DNA of 64,000 bases from the NCBI GenBank assembly GCA_016186795.1, contig JACPKY010000002.1, forward strand, positions 282,593 through 346,592. The letters run 5' to 3'. The notes beneath the pieces were generated by a model. That model was not told where the DNA came from and ran no database searches. It saw only the letters and a list, made by a program, of their open reading frames with translations. The position numbers and the translations under genes are program-made. The stretch comes from Candidatus Gottesmanbacteria bacterium. Its GTDB lineage: Bacteria > Patescibacteriota > Microgenomatia > 2-02-FULL-39-11. Of the stretch, positions 18,166-27,956 are shown piece after piece; within the stretch, counting starts at the first letter, position 1; each line of letters starts with the position of its first letter.

Positions 18166-19569
18166 CTATACACAACAACTAAGTTTAGATACATCTTTAG
18201 TAAAAGATAACGCTGCTATTTTTATTGCCTCGGATAATGTTGGAAACATCGGTAGGGAATTTGTAATATCATCAATAGTATTTTTATTTTTGACTAACCA
18301 CATAGCTTGAGCAATAAGGTCACCTGCATTAGGAGCTAAGATATGCACTCCAAGAATTACTTTTATCTCAGGATGGATAACCATTTTGATTAAACCTTCC
18401 GTTCTACCAATAATAAGAGCCTTTGGAACGTCTGCAAAAGAAACAGTACGGCAAAGACAACTTCCTATTTGTTTTATTTCTTGTTCTTCTGTTATTCCCG
18501 CTCCTGCAAGCTGGGGATCAGTAAAGATAGTCCAAGGAACAGTATTATAGTCAATGCTATTTTGTGTATTGCTTAAAGCATTCTCTGCAGCAAGTGTCCC
18601 TTCTCTACCTGCTGTTGGTTCTTGTCTTATGGGTAAATTTATTACATCACCTACTGCGTAGATATGCGGTTGAGAAGTTTGAAATTGAGGATTTACTTTT
18701 ATCGCCTGTTTCTCGTCAATTTCTATACTAGCTTTATCAAGACCTAAACCTTTGGTATTTGGAGTTTTACCAGTTGCAAGGAGTATTTCGTCTGCCGATA
18801 GTTCTTCTTGCGTATCGTTAATTGTATAGGTGAGAATTTTCCTATTGCCCTCTTTACGTGCAGATTTAATTTGAGCGTTTATTTTAATGGTTATGCCTTC
18901 TTTAGCAAGGATTTCAGCTAAACGACTTGTTAGTTCAGCTTCCGCAGGAGGAAAAATAGAGACATTTCTTTGTAGAATAGTGACTTTGGTCCCAAAATGA
19001 GCATACATTTGAGCAAACTCTAATCCCAAAGGTCCTGCACCAACCACAATAAGTTCCTTAGGAAGATTTTTGATCTGTAAAGCCTCAATATGAGTCAAGT
19101 ACCCAACTTCTTGTATATTTTCAATGGGTGGTACAGTTGCAGTTGATCCGACTGCAATAATAAATTTTTTAGCTTGATACTTTTGAGCATCAACGTCAAT
19201 CTCATTAGGAGAAACAAAAGTGGCTTTACCTTCTGTATGGGTGACATTTTCTAAACCATTTAAGACTTTCTCATATTTTTCAGCTCTAAGTTTTGCTACT
19301 AAATCGAGTTCATGTTGAACAACTTGGGCGAAATCAAAGTTTTTAACCTCAATATCAATACCCGGAACATTATGGTTTTTAGCAAGATGCATTACTTCTC
19401 CTGCCCACAAAAGCGTTTTAGAAGGAACACAGCCAACATTAACACAAGTACCACCCAAAGGAAGACCTGTGTTTACCAGCAGAGTTTTAGCCTTCAATTC
19501 ATTCGCTTTAATTGCAGAAGCGAAAGCTCCAGCTCCTCCACCAATAATAATCAAGTCATATTCTTCCAT
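18166..19569 (-). CDS. merA: Mercuric reductase core (no NmerA domain)
   Basis: FAD/disulfide motif GGGAGAFASAIKA...GGTCVNVGCVPSK and C-terminal ...KDVSKLSCCV, matching the diagnostic MerA C-terminal vicinal cysteines (KDVKQLSCCAG in canonical MerA). Confidence 0.75.
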   Translation of the reverse strand: MEEYDLIIIGGGAGAFASAIKANELKAKTLLVNTGLPLGGTCVNVGCVPSKTLLWAGEVMHLAKNHNVPGIDIEVKNFDFAQVVQHELDLVAKLRAEKYEKVLNGLENVTHTEGKATFVSPNEIDVDAQKYQAKKFIIAVGSTATVPPIENIQEVGYLTHIEALQIKNLPKELIVVGAGPLGLEFAQMYAHFGTKVTILQRNVSIFPPAEAELTSRLAEILAKEGITIKINAQIKSARKEGNRKILTYTINDTQEELSADEILLATGKTPNTKGLGLDKASIEIDEKQAIKVNPQFQTSQPHIYAVGDVINLPIRQEPTAGREGTLAAENALSNTQNSIDYNTVPWTIFTDPQLAGAGITEEQEIKQIGSCLCRTVSFADVPKALIIGRTEGLIKMVIHPEIKVILGVHILAPNAGDLIAQAMWLVKNKNTIDDITNSLPMFPTLSEAIKIAALSFTKDVSKLSCCV

Positions 19570-19571
19570 AG

Positions 19572-19976
19572 TTATTTATTTTTATGGGTATCAATTTTAC
19601 AGTCCTCGCAACAATTGCATTTTTTTCTTAACCACCAATCTGAACTTATGGCTACAATTATCAAAAAGCCTCCTAAATAGGTCATATTAGGATTATAGCT
19701 AATGTAGTTTCCGTAATACATAAGTCCACCAGCGATCAACGTTAAAACAATAGGTAAGAAGTTTCTGTGTACTTTAAATGATATGCCAAGTCCCATCAAT
19801 GCGGCGATGATCACAACAACTAATAGTGGTTTTAACCAAGGAACTGCTACAACCAATACTGAACCAAATCCGGCTGCAAAAAGCAGTGGGGCGATAAAAC
19901 AGAGAGGACATAGTACGCCCAAGACAATTGCTAAAATTGCCGGTACACCTGTTAAATGTTCTTTGTTGCCTTTCAT
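19572..19976 (-). CDS. Cys-rich small membrane protein, putative Hg(II)/heavy-metal uptake protein (MerT/MerF-like)
   Basis: 134 aa, about 4 TM helices, CPLC in the first TM and a cytoplasmic CNCCEDC tail; lies between the thioredoxin-like gene and merA. Homology is not verified. Confidence 0.4.
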   Translation of the reverse strand: MKGNKEHLTGVPAILAIVLGVLCPLCFIAPLLFAAGFGSVLVVAVPWLKPLLVVVIIAALMGLGISFKVHRNFLPIVLTLIAGGLMYYGNYISYNPNMTYLGGFLIIVAISSDWWLRKKCNCCEDCKIDTHKNK

Positions 19977-20533
19977 AAGATTTTATCTAACTCCCTTTTG
20001 TAGTCGTCATAACTTGTAAACTGCTCATCTTTATAAACAATTACGCCATCCTTATTTATGATATAGGTGGTTTCTAACTTAACAAGCTGATATTTAGAAG
20101 CGACATTATCAGTATCTAGCGACAAGGGGATATCTATTGTTCCAAGATTTCTAAACTCTTTTAAGAAATCTTCATTGTCTCCTTTGGTAAATGCCACCCC
20201 GATAACCTCAACTCCACGACTGGCGTATTCTTTTCGTACTTGAGTTAAAGCTCTTCCTTCAGGTATGCAGGTTCCGCACCATCCGGCCATACCGAATAAA
20301 ATAATTGTTTTACTCCTTTTATCGCTTAAGTTAAATTCTTGATTATCAAGAGTAGTTAATTTAAAGTCTGGAGCTTGTTTGTTAAGGAGTGTAGTTGGCG
20401 CAGACTTAGTATCAGAAAGAATTTGTGAAGTATCCTGCTTATTATTTGATACGCGACCAGCTTTACTCCCGAAAAAGAAAGCTAACCCTATAAGTAAAAT
20501 AGTGGCAATAATGAATATGTTTTTATTTCTCAT
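19973..20533 (-). CDS. Membrane-anchored thioredoxin-fold thiol-disulfide oxidoreductase (TlpA/ResA-like)
   Basis: N-terminal TM anchor, thioredoxin-like region with WCGTC active-site motif; 4-nt overlap with the downstream gene. Confidence 0.65.
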   Translation of the reverse strand: MRNKNIFIIATILLIGLAFFFGSKAGRVSNNKQDTSQILSDTKSAPTTLLNKQAPDFKLTTLDNQEFNLSDKRSKTIILFGMAGWCGTCIPEGRALTQVRKEYASRGVEVIGVAFTKGDNEDFLKEFRNLGTIDIPLSLDTDNVASKYQLVKLETTYIINKDGVIVYKDEQFTSYDDYKRELDKIL

Positions 20534-20556
20534 ACTTTACTCGACAATGAATTCTT

Positions 20557-20802
20557 TTAGGGTTTTGTTGATCTTCTCGTCACAAGCTCAAGCTCTAAAA
20601 GTTTCTTTACGCTATGGGAAACAACAGAAATAGAAGTATCTAGGATATCTGCCATTTCACCGACATTTAACTCTGGATAACGGCAGAGAAGATAACAAAT
20701 CTTTAAACGTGTTGCGTCACCGACCACTCCCAGTTGCTTAGCACAATCAAGTAATTCCTGTTTATTCCTTAATTCCTTTTTTATAGTCTGATACTTACTC
20801 AT
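20557..20802 (-). CDS. ArsR/SmtB-family metalloregulatory transcriptional repressor
   Basis: GDATRLKICYLLCRYPELNVGEMADILDTSISVVSHSVKKL is a typical ArsR wHTH with Cys pairs. The start was chosen at the internal Met (MSKYQ); the track ORF begins 28 codons upstream. Confidence 0.7.
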   Translation of the reverse strand: MSKYQTIKKELRNKQELLDCAKQLGVVGDATRLKICYLLCRYPELNVGEMADILDTSISVVSHSVKKLLELELVTRRSTKP

Positions 20803-20814
20803 GGTATTTGAAGG

Positions 20815-20828
20815 ACTATTCAAATAGT
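20815..20828. promoter_or_regulatory. Perfect 6-2-6 palindrome ACTATTcaAATAGT in the arsR-like gene leader (candidate operator), with a TTGACT/TATAAAAT promoter-like pair upstream on the minus strand
   Basis: Seen in the sequence 13-26 nt upstream of the regulator start codon. Confidence 0.3.
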
Positions 20829-21109
20829 AAACCATTTTATATTTTAAAGTCAAGAGGAAATTTATCTTTTTATTTCTAATATGCATAACTATGCAAGAAA
20901 AATTGCAAACACATACTAATCAAAAGAGGATAAATATAGATAACAATTAATACTCTAGGTTGGTCTTTCAGTTTTTGAGGCTAATTCTGGCTGTAATTCG
21001 TACAAAAAATCTGGTAAAATAGGCGAGGAGCTAAATTCTTGGATGAATCCTGGCAGTCTGGCTAAGATCACGTCAGGAGCTTAAAAAAAGTCTATTTGAC
21101 TAAATCGCG

Positions 21110-22315
21110 TTATTCCTCATCGGAAAGATAGGAATCCAGAGGAGGTGAAAAAACAGCTTCTTGGCTTGAACTATTCAAACACGATTTTTGTTTCGTCTCA
21201 AAGGGAGCATCAAAATCATTTATTGCGCTGTCAATTGTTAATGCATCAATAAACGGCCCGTCGTCTTGTCCAACCTTTCGGCCGAATTCGAAAATTGAAA
21301 AACCTCTCATTCCTTCTTTTCTCGCATATTTAATTTGTCTTACCGCGCTTTGCGCATTATATCCTCCCCATTGATACACTTTGCCATCCGGATAGGAAAT
21401 TTCTCCTTCAGTCGGATACCAGGAAATTCCAAAGATTACTTTAGAAAAATTCTCTTCCGTTGTCAGGAATGATTTCCAGAGGGGGAGCCGTTTTTTCCAC
21501 GCTGCCACATCTGTTGTGTATCTTCCCGGAGTTACCGCATCGATGATACCGCGACGTATCCATTTCATTGGATCATACCGCAAATTCTGTGGACGGTATT
21601 GTGTTCCGTTGTATTGTAATGAGTTCGTAGGATTTTTAGATAGCCAGTTTTTATACCAACGCGCAAGATAGTCGTCTTTATGCACAGAAAATGGATCTGT
21701 ATTATTGATAAATGCCGTCACGAACTTTGTCGGGTATTTCATTTTTACAGCATCATAACAAGCTTTTATAGTTCGGAAAACCCCGATATTTCTCTGTTTA
21801 CTTATTTCGGCTACTTCTACTAAGTAACGAAGATTATCAAAATGAACTCCATCGAGTGTTGGATATGAAGAAAGCCAATCCATACACCAATTTTTTTGCG
21901 CCTCCTGTTCAGATACATCAGTATATTCTGCCTGAGTACCGGCTCCCTTACGAGACATACTACTTAACCATACATGCACACTAAGTCCTTTCGATTTCAA
22001 TGCTGCAAGCATCGCATCAAAACTTTCTTTATCGGACCAACCAAAATTTCCACTCAAAGTATACGATGCGAGAAAAACAGTATTGAGATTGGCTTTTATG
22101 ATTTTATCCAGTGTTTGTTGCCGTGTCTCTGGAGCTTTGAAACTGTATGGATTGAGCCATACCCCACGAGTTTCACATTGAGCAGCTTGCGCGGTAAATT
22201 CGGATTTTGGTATTTGAGAGATAACACCACTGGCTACCAAAATCCCCATGAGAACAACAATAACCTTGAACATGAAAGAAATAGAAGAATGTAGCAGTAA
22301 AATCTTCTTCGTCAA
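21110..22315 (-). CDS. Secreted/lipoprotein glycoside-hydrolase-like TIM-barrel protein (GHL10/DUF187-like)
   Basis: Signal-peptide-like N-terminus, RGVWL start of the mature domain, 401 aa. The family assignment is from memory only. Confidence 0.4.
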   Translation of the reverse strand: MTKKILLLHSSISFMFKVIVVLMGILVASGVISQIPKSEFTAQAAQCETRGVWLNPYSFKAPETRQQTLDKIIKANLNTVFLASYTLSGNFGWSDKESFDAMLAALKSKGLSVHVWLSSMSRKGAGTQAEYTDVSEQEAQKNWCMDWLSSYPTLDGVHFDNLRYLVEVAEISKQRNIGVFRTIKACYDAVKMKYPTKFVTAFINNTDPFSVHKDDYLARWYKNWLSKNPTNSLQYNGTQYRPQNLRYDPMKWIRRGIIDAVTPGRYTTDVAAWKKRLPLWKSFLTTEENFSKVIFGISWYPTEGEISYPDGKVYQWGGYNAQSAVRQIKYARKEGMRGFSIFEFGRKVGQDDGPFIDALTIDSAINDFDAPFETKQKSCLNSSSQEAVFSPPLDSYLSDEE

Positions 22316-22392
22316 TCTACTCTATCATGTACATATTTGCTTTTCAAGCCGGCCATTTGTTGCTACGTTATCTGCAGTGTATAATGCCTTCA

Positions 22393-23280
22393 ATGAAAAA
22401 AGGGACATTCCCCATAAAATCAGGGCTTGCCCAGATGCTGAAAGGCGGCGTTATTATGGATGTCGTTAACGCTGAACAAGCAAAAATTGCCCAAGATGCT
22501 GGTGCTGTTGCAGTCATGGCACTTGAACGGGTTCCTGCCGACATTCGGGCAGATGGTGGGGTTGCCCGCATGTCTGATCCTGTAAAAATAAAAGAAATCC
22601 AAGAAGCGGTGACAATTCCAGTGATGGCAAAATGCCGAATCGGACACTTTGTTGAAGCACAAGTTCTTGAGGCACTTGAAGTCGACTTCATCGATGAAAG
22701 TGAAGTTCTAACCCCTGCTGATGAACAGTATCATATCGATAAAACGAAATTCACCGTACCGTTTGTTTGCGGTGCCCGTGACTTAGGAGAAGCTCTCAGG
22801 CGATTGACAGAAGGAGCCGCAATGATCAGAACCAAGGGTGAGGCGGGATCAGGAAATATTGTCGAGGCTGTTCGGCATATTCGCGCAGTCAATGACGGTA
22901 TTTCTGAGATGCAAATCCTTTTTACAAAAAAGAATACGAAGGCTCTCAAGCAAAAAGCAATTGAATATCGTGTACCAATTGACCTAGTTTTACAAACTGC
23001 AAAACTTGGAAGATTACCAGTGGTAAACTTTGCCGCAGGAGGAATTGCAACACCTGCCGATGCGGCTTTGTGCATGCAGTTGGGAGTTGATGGGGTTTTC
23101 GTTGGATCTGGTATTTTCAAAAGTACCGATCCAAAGCGACGTGCCAGAGCAATTGTTGACAGTGTTGCTCATTTTAATGATCCCAAAAAAATTGCCACGG
23201 CATCCCAAAACTTAGGAGAAGCAATGAAAGGGCAGGAAATTGCATCTCTTGAAACAAAACTTGCTGCCCGCGGCATTTAG
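22393..23280 (+). CDS. pdxS: Pyridoxal 5'-phosphate synthase lyase subunit
   Basis: [53 protein letters not shown] is near-identical to the PdxS consensus. The track ORF carries an upstream extension. Confidence 0.9.
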   Translation: MKKGTFPIKSGLAQMLKGGVIMDVVNAEQAKIAQDAGAVAVMALERVPADIRADGGVARMSDPVKIKEIQEAVTIPVMAKCRIGHFVEAQVLEALEVDFIDESEVLTPADEQYHIDKTKFTVPFVCGARDLGEALRRLTEGAAMIRTKGEAGSGNIVEAVRHIRAVNDGISEMQILFTKKNTKALKQKAIEYRVPIDLVLQTAKLGRLPVVNFAAGGIATPADAALCMQLGVDGVFVGSGIFKSTDPKRRARAIVDSVAHFNDPKKIATASQNLGEAMKGQEIASLETKLAARGI

Positions 23281-23294
23281 CCAAATCAATCCCC

Positions 23295-23954
23295 ATGAAA
23301 CCTTCAATTGGAGTATTGGCTTTCCACGGCGACGTTATAGAGCATAAAATGGCTCTAATACAGGCTGCAAAAAATCTGAAGATTTCAATCAAAGTCCTTG
23401 ATGTCAGGACAAGAAAAGATCTAAAGGAGATCGCCGCCTTAATAATCCCTGGAGGGGAAAGCACGACTATCCAAAAACTCTGTGAAAGAGAAGGTATGTT
23501 GAACACCATGAGGGCTGTTCCTGCAATTTTTGGTACCTGTGCCGGTGCAATTATGCTAGCGAAATCCATCCTTCACAAAACTCCCGATCAGAAAAGTCTT
23601 GAGCGGATAGATATCGAAGTAGATAGAAATGCTTACGGACGGCAAACTGAGTCATTTGAAAAAAGAATTCAAACGAGTCTCGGACCAGTATCTGCCGTCT
23701 TTATTCGAGCTCCAAAAATTACAAAAGTAGGCAAAAATGTGAAAATTCTCGCACAAATAGACCAACAGGTCTTGGTTTGTGAAGAAAAAGTTAGGAACGT
23801 ATACTCACTTGCTGCCTGTTTTCATCCGGAACTCACAACAACTCTTTTCCATGAATACTTCCTCAAGAAAATAGCGCAATATTACTTTGCTCTTCCCGGA
23901 GGCAATGGGAACGGTGTTCCAGATGGATCAACAGGATTCAATGCCCGTGAATGA
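23295..23954 (+). CDS. pdxT: Pyridoxal 5'-phosphate synthase glutaminase subunit
   Basis: Class I GATase with IGVLAFHGDVIEH...FGTCAG...H-E triad pattern, directly after pdxS. Confidence 0.85.
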   Translation: MKPSIGVLAFHGDVIEHKMALIQAAKNLKISIKVLDVRTRKDLKEIAALIIPGGESTTIQKLCEREGMLNTMRAVPAIFGTCAGAIMLAKSILHKTPDQKSLERIDIEVDRNAYGRQTESFEKRIQTSLGPVSAVFIRAPKITKVGKNVKILAQIDQQVLVCEEKVRNVYSLAACFHPELTTTLFHEYFLKKIAQYYFALPGGNGNGVPDGSTGFNARE

Positions 23955-24361
23955 TCCACTGCATTTTGTGGAATATTTGCTGGCATTTGATATCCAGATT
24001 GAATATTCACTGCTGGAATCCGAATGATTTTTGGTGTCGGAGTAACGGTAACATCTGCAACCTCTATTTCATTTTGGCGTCGCTGCGAACTTACCCATAC
24101 GCCAAAATCGTGGCCCAGATCCTTTGGCATATTGGGGGTCTGATTCGACACGTGAGATCCAAAATTGTCCACAGATGCATTTTCTGTTTCATTTCCGGTC
24201 TCGGCTGGTAAAATTTGCAAATGCAACTGTTTTGCCAAGTCTGAAACTGCACCACCTCGAGCGACAACATCATCTTGGAAATTTGGTGGGAGAAGTGAAG
24301 GATTTCCACCTTGAGAAAAACTCAAAACGAGAGCAATTAGCGAAGATAAAAATTGTGGCAC
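23882..24361 (-). CDS. Hypothetical secreted protein (signal peptide, GTG start with strong GGAGG SD)
   Basis: MPQFLSSLIALVLSFSQGG signal-like N-terminus; SD GGAGGTGATAGATA precedes GTG. It overlaps the pdxT 3' end by 72 nt on the opposite strand, so the gene model is uncertain. Confidence 0.35.
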   Translation of the reverse strand: MPQFLSSLIALVLSFSQGGNPSLLPPNFQDDVVARGGAVSDLAKQLHLQILPAETGNETENASVDNFGSHVSNQTPNMPKDLGHDFGVWVSSQRRQNEIEVADVTVTPTPKIIRIPAVNIQSGYQMPANIPQNAVDHSRALNPVDPSGTPFPLPPGRAK

Positions 24362-24383
24362 TATCTATCACCTCCTTTTACAC

Positions 24384-24409
24384 AAAAAAACCTGCCTTTG
24401 GCAGGTTTT
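24384..24409. terminator. A-tract / 7-bp hairpin (ACCTGCC-tttg-GGCAGGT) / T-tract, a bidirectional terminator-like element
   Basis: aaaaaaacctgcctttggcaggtttt seen in the divergent intergenic region between 24361 (-) and 24500 (+). Confidence 0.35.
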
Positions 24410-24499
24410 CGTAAATTATAGTATACCGCCGTCTTCGTTAAATGCAAGAGGATCATTGGGAAATAGTCAATAATTTCTGCTACAATTCAGATACATTTT

Positions 24500-25930
24500 A
24501 TGAAAATAGGACAAAAAAATATCCCAGGAGAAATGCTATTGGTTCTACTTTTTATTTTTCTCTACGTGCTTGCCGCTTCTTTGGTTTCACTCAATCGTCA
24601 CTGGCAATACAATTCATTTTGGTATGATTTTGGTATTTTTGATACAACGATTTGGAAATTGTCACGATTTCAACTTCCACTGATTGCGCAATTAAATCCA
24701 CCTTTGGGGAAGGTGGTATGGGCTGACCATTTTAATCCGAGCACAATTTTCCTTGCGCCACTTTACTGGCTTACTAACAAACAGGAAATAATATTAATAG
24801 CTCAAAGCGTAGTGGTTGGATTAAGCGGATTGGTCGGCTACTTTCTCTCGTTGAAATTTATTAAAAGTAGAATGGTACGGATCTCTCTTATTGTAAGCTA
24901 TTTCGGATTTGTAGGCCTTCAAAATGCTCTTTATACCGATGTCCATAATATTGTGTTTGCTTTGCTTCCACTCATGCTTACTATATGGGCTCTATTTCAG
25001 AAAAATTGGAAATTATATTGGATTTTTCTTTTTATCACTCTTGGGATTCAAGAAAACATGGCAGCTGTAGTAACAATGCTTGGTTTATATCTCCTTCTTC
25101 GAAGGGAACGAATTGCCAACATTGGAATATTGACAGTTTGTGTAGGATTAATTTATGGAACGGTAGCTATGAAAGTTTTGATTCCGTGGTTAAATGGTGG
25201 CTCATATAATTATCAACCAACAACACCGTCTATCTGGTATGAATGGATAACACAATTTTTGATCCCAATAGATTTGAAGCTCCGATCAATTGTTTTAACC
25301 TTTGTTACGTTTGGCTTATTACCCATTGGCACCATTTCTACTTTTCCACTTGTCATAGAACACTATTTAGAAAGGTTTGTACTTAATACAGCTGCAACGC
25401 GATGGGATCTTGGATTTCACTATAATGCGCTTCTCTCACCCATACTATTTTTATCATCATTAGAAACTATTATCTATCTACAAAGTCATAAATTTTTTAA
25501 GAGATTGTTGCCTGTCTGGGCAACTCTAACAATACTTATCGTTATAATCCTGCACAGATTTTACTTGCACGGTCCTCTCATGTTGGCAACCCATCCGGTT
25601 TTTTATGAGCAAACCAACGATGCAAAATTCCTACGTTCTTTCAAAGAACAAATTCCGTCATCCGGTTTACTTATGACGCAAAACAATATCGCGGCTCAAT
25701 TTACCCATGACGAAGTAATACTTTTAAATCAAAACTATTCCATGATGAGACCGGATACGATTGCTATTGATATAAGACCAGGGCAGAATGCGAATAATTT
25801 TTTCCCATTATCTCAATCACAGACTGAGGACTTAATTGCTTCAGTTTCTGCCGATCCAAATTACAGAAAGAAAGAGGTAACAGATAGTCAGATTGTGTTC
25901 ACACGCAAACGTATAAATCGTTCCTACTGA
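24500..25930 (+). CDS. Polytopic membrane protein, GT-C-like / DUF2079-like
   Basis: 476 aa with at least 10 predicted TM helices and a C-terminal soluble region. The family guess is from sequence composition only. Confidence 0.4.
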   Translation: MKIGQKNIPGEMLLVLLFIFLYVLAASLVSLNRHWQYNSFWYDFGIFDTTIWKLSRFQLPLIAQLNPPLGKVVWADHFNPSTIFLAPLYWLTNKQEIILIAQSVVVGLSGLVGYFLSLKFIKSRMVRISLIVSYFGFVGLQNALYTDVHNIVFALLPLMLTIWALFQKNWKLYWIFLFITLGIQENMAAVVTMLGLYLLLRRERIANIGILTVCVGLIYGTVAMKVLIPWLNGGSYNYQPTTPSIWYEWITQFLIPIDLKLRSIVLTFVTFGLLPIGTISTFPLVIEHYLERFVLNTAATRWDLGFHYNALLSPILFLSSLETIIYLQSHKFFKRLLPVWATLTILIVIILHRFYLHGPLMLATHPVFYEQTNDAKFLRSFKEQIPSSGLLMTQNNIAAQFTHDEVILLNQNYSMMRPDTIAIDIRPGQNANNFFPLSQSQTEDLIASVSADPNYRKKEVTDSQIVFTRKRINRSY

Positions 25931-26541
25931 TAAAGGTACTTTCGTATTTCCTCAATCGATTTTGACGGATTTTGTGTATCAAAAACGATTGAATTCCAAC
26001 CAACCCTTTTTGCGCCTTCCACATTTTGTAGAAGATCATCAATAAAGAGTATCTCTTCTGGTTTCTTCTTTGCACGTTTTTGGGCGTGGAGGTAAATCTC
26101 AGGTTGAGGCTTCACCAGTCCAATTTCGCATGACTTCACAACCGCATGGTAATGATGATGAGGAATATATCCTTCATTCCAAAACATATCGTAGGTACCA
26201 AGGTGAATATTTGTTAGAAGTCCCACGGAATGAGTTTTGGAAACTTCGCGGAGAAAACTGTGTGTCTCTTTTATCGGCCGGAAGGTCTCTTTTGATAATT
26301 TGACGATATCAAGAGTCTCTGAACTTTTAAGTCCCAAGTCTTTCCCAAGGAGTGGGCCCCAAACATCTGGATGCATCTCGCCCCGGCAAGAACGGATGTC
26401 ATAGATGCTAAATGCGGCATGAACTTCTTCATAGGGCTTCCCGGTCTTTTTTACAATTGAATGAAGGATATCTTTCCAATGCATGAGGACACCACCTATA
26501 TCAAAATAAACAAATTGTATATCTCGCTTTTTCTTCATCAT
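25924..26541 (-). CDS. HAD-superfamily hydrolase (subfamily IA-like)
   Basis: Motif I YFDIGGVL and motif IV LFIDD. Confidence 0.7.
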   Translation of the reverse strand: MMKKKRDIQFVYFDIGGVLMHWKDILHSIVKKTGKPYEEVHAAFSIYDIRSCRGEMHPDVWGPLLGKDLGLKSSETLDIVKLSKETFRPIKETHSFLREVSKTHSVGLLTNIHLGTYDMFWNEGYIPHHHYHAVVKSCEIGLVKPQPEIYLHAQKRAKKKPEEILFIDDLLQNVEGAKRVGWNSIVFDTQNPSKSIEEIRKYLYQ

Positions 26542-26559
26542 GAGGAATCTATTATACCG

Positions 26560-27699
26560 TTAGGAGGAAAATAAACCAATCTGTGTATACGAGGTAGATC
26601 TTTGAGACTCTTCCTGTTTCTCTCCTTTGAAATTTGACACACCAACTCCCAGAAGTCGAAATGCTTTCTTTTGTGGATTTTGGCGGGCATCCAAAAAGGG
26701 TAGGAAGAGTTTGAAACTTTCTTTTTCAAGTATTTTTTCTGATAACGTAGACTGGGAAAGAGTCTGAGAGCGGGTTTTCGTTGTAAAATCACTGAAGCGC
26801 ACCATAATCGTAACCGTCTTAAACCCTTTTATGTGTTCACTTTTAATTCTTTGAAATACACGTTTTGCGATTTCCTCAATACGCCCAAGAAGGATTGTTG
26901 CACTCCTGACATCTTCTTCAAAGGTCTCCTGTTCACTGATTGACTTTATCTCTCTCTCAAGTGTGATCTCAGAATCATCAATACCCCGTACCTTTCTATA
27001 TAGATCTTCTCCCCATTTTCCAAAAAGAGATCGTAGTTCCGTTTCGGATTTTTGCTTCAACTCATACATAGAGGTGATTTTTACCTTTCTTAAATGCTCA
27101 AGCGTTTTCGGTCCGATTCCAGGAATGTCTTCTAAATGAAGTGATTCAAGAAATTGTGTGATCTCTTGGGAAGAGACAACATATAATCCATCCGGTTTAA
27201 ACTGGGATGAAGCAAGTTTTGCAATAAGCTTGTTAGGACCAATACCAACGGTTGCGGTTAGCCTTTCTTGATGGTACATCTCATTTTTCAACTGACCCAT
27301 TTTCTCCTTGGCTTTGTTAAGATCGATAAGATATGAAAGGTCAAGATACGCTTCATCAATACTCACCTGTTCTACCTTGGGTGAGAATTTACAAACGATT
27401 GTAAATATACGTTTTGAGACCTCGCTATACCATGCTCCATTCACTGGCAGAAAAACAGTCTTTTTTCCTCCCTTTTTTACTCCGATATCTGCTAGCCTCC
27501 AAGCCGTTGATATAGGCATGGCAGAATGGATACCAAACTTTCTCGCTTTATAATTGGCTGTTGAAACAACCCCTCTTCCATTTCCCTCCTTTGGATCTGC
27601 ACCGACAACAATAGGAAATCCCGCAAATCTCGGGTTATCCCGTTCTTCAACTGCTGCAAAGAACGCATCCATGTCGAGATGTGCAATAATTCTTACCAT
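26560..27699 (-). CDS. dinB: DNA polymerase IV (Y-family)
   Basis: MVRIIAHLDMDAFFAAVEERDNP...VVSTANYKARKFGIHSAMP matches the DinB N-terminus. Confidence 0.85.
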   Translation of the reverse strand: MVRIIAHLDMDAFFAAVEERDNPRFAGFPIVVGADPKEGNGRGVVSTANYKARKFGIHSAMPISTAWRLADIGVKKGGKKTVFLPVNGAWYSEVSKRIFTIVCKFSPKVEQVSIDEAYLDLSYLIDLNKAKEKMGQLKNEMYHQERLTATVGIGPNKLIAKLASSQFKPDGLYVVSSQEITQFLESLHLEDIPGIGPKTLEHLRKVKITSMYELKQKSETELRSLFGKWGEDLYRKVRGIDDSEITLEREIKSISEQETFEEDVRSATILLGRIEEIAKRVFQRIKSEHIKGFKTVTIMVRFSDFTTKTRSQTLSQSTLSEKILEKESFKLFLPFLDARQNPQKKAFRLLGVGVSNFKGEKQEESQRSTSYTQIGLFSS

Positions 27700-27744
27700 A
27701 GGAAGTGAGTAGAAGTCAGTTGTATTATACTCTGGATATCGAAC

Positions 27745-27954
27745 CTACTGAATATGATGAGCCGAATGGTGATGAGAATGAAATGTATGATGAAGATTGA
27801 GTGTTTTCTTCTGGGTTTTTGAAATTATTTCTTTCTGCCAGTTATGAGCATTCGTAAGTTCAGATGCGCTCTTACTAGGTTTCAAACTCTGCAATAAATC
27901 ACTCAAAATACCCATATCCTTCGTTACTGTACAGAAAAACAAAACTGATTGCAA
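27745..27954 (-). CDS. Small hypothetical protein with His-rich C-terminus (HHTFHSHHHSAHH)
   Basis: 69-aa ORF in operon position between the alpha/beta-hydrolase fusion gene and dinB. It is short, so it may be non-coding. Confidence 0.25.
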   Translation of the reverse strand: MQSVLFFCTVTKDMGILSDLLQSLKPSKSASELTNAHNWQKEIISKTQKKTLNLHHTFHSHHHSAHHIQ

Positions 27955-27956
27955 CT

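Noticed and set aside
20990-21109. Possible structured ncRNA (SRP, tmRNA or 6S-like) in the arsR to GH-like intergenic region
   Set aside because: No conserved motifs of those RNA families could be matched by eye; it is more likely a promoter/UTR.
22368-23569. Several minus-strand ORFs (107, 80, 129, 131 aa)
   Set aside because: They are antisense to pdxS/pdxT, which are unambiguous.
26538-26792. 84-aa minus-strand ORF
   Set aside because: It overlaps the dinB 3' region in another frame and has no support.
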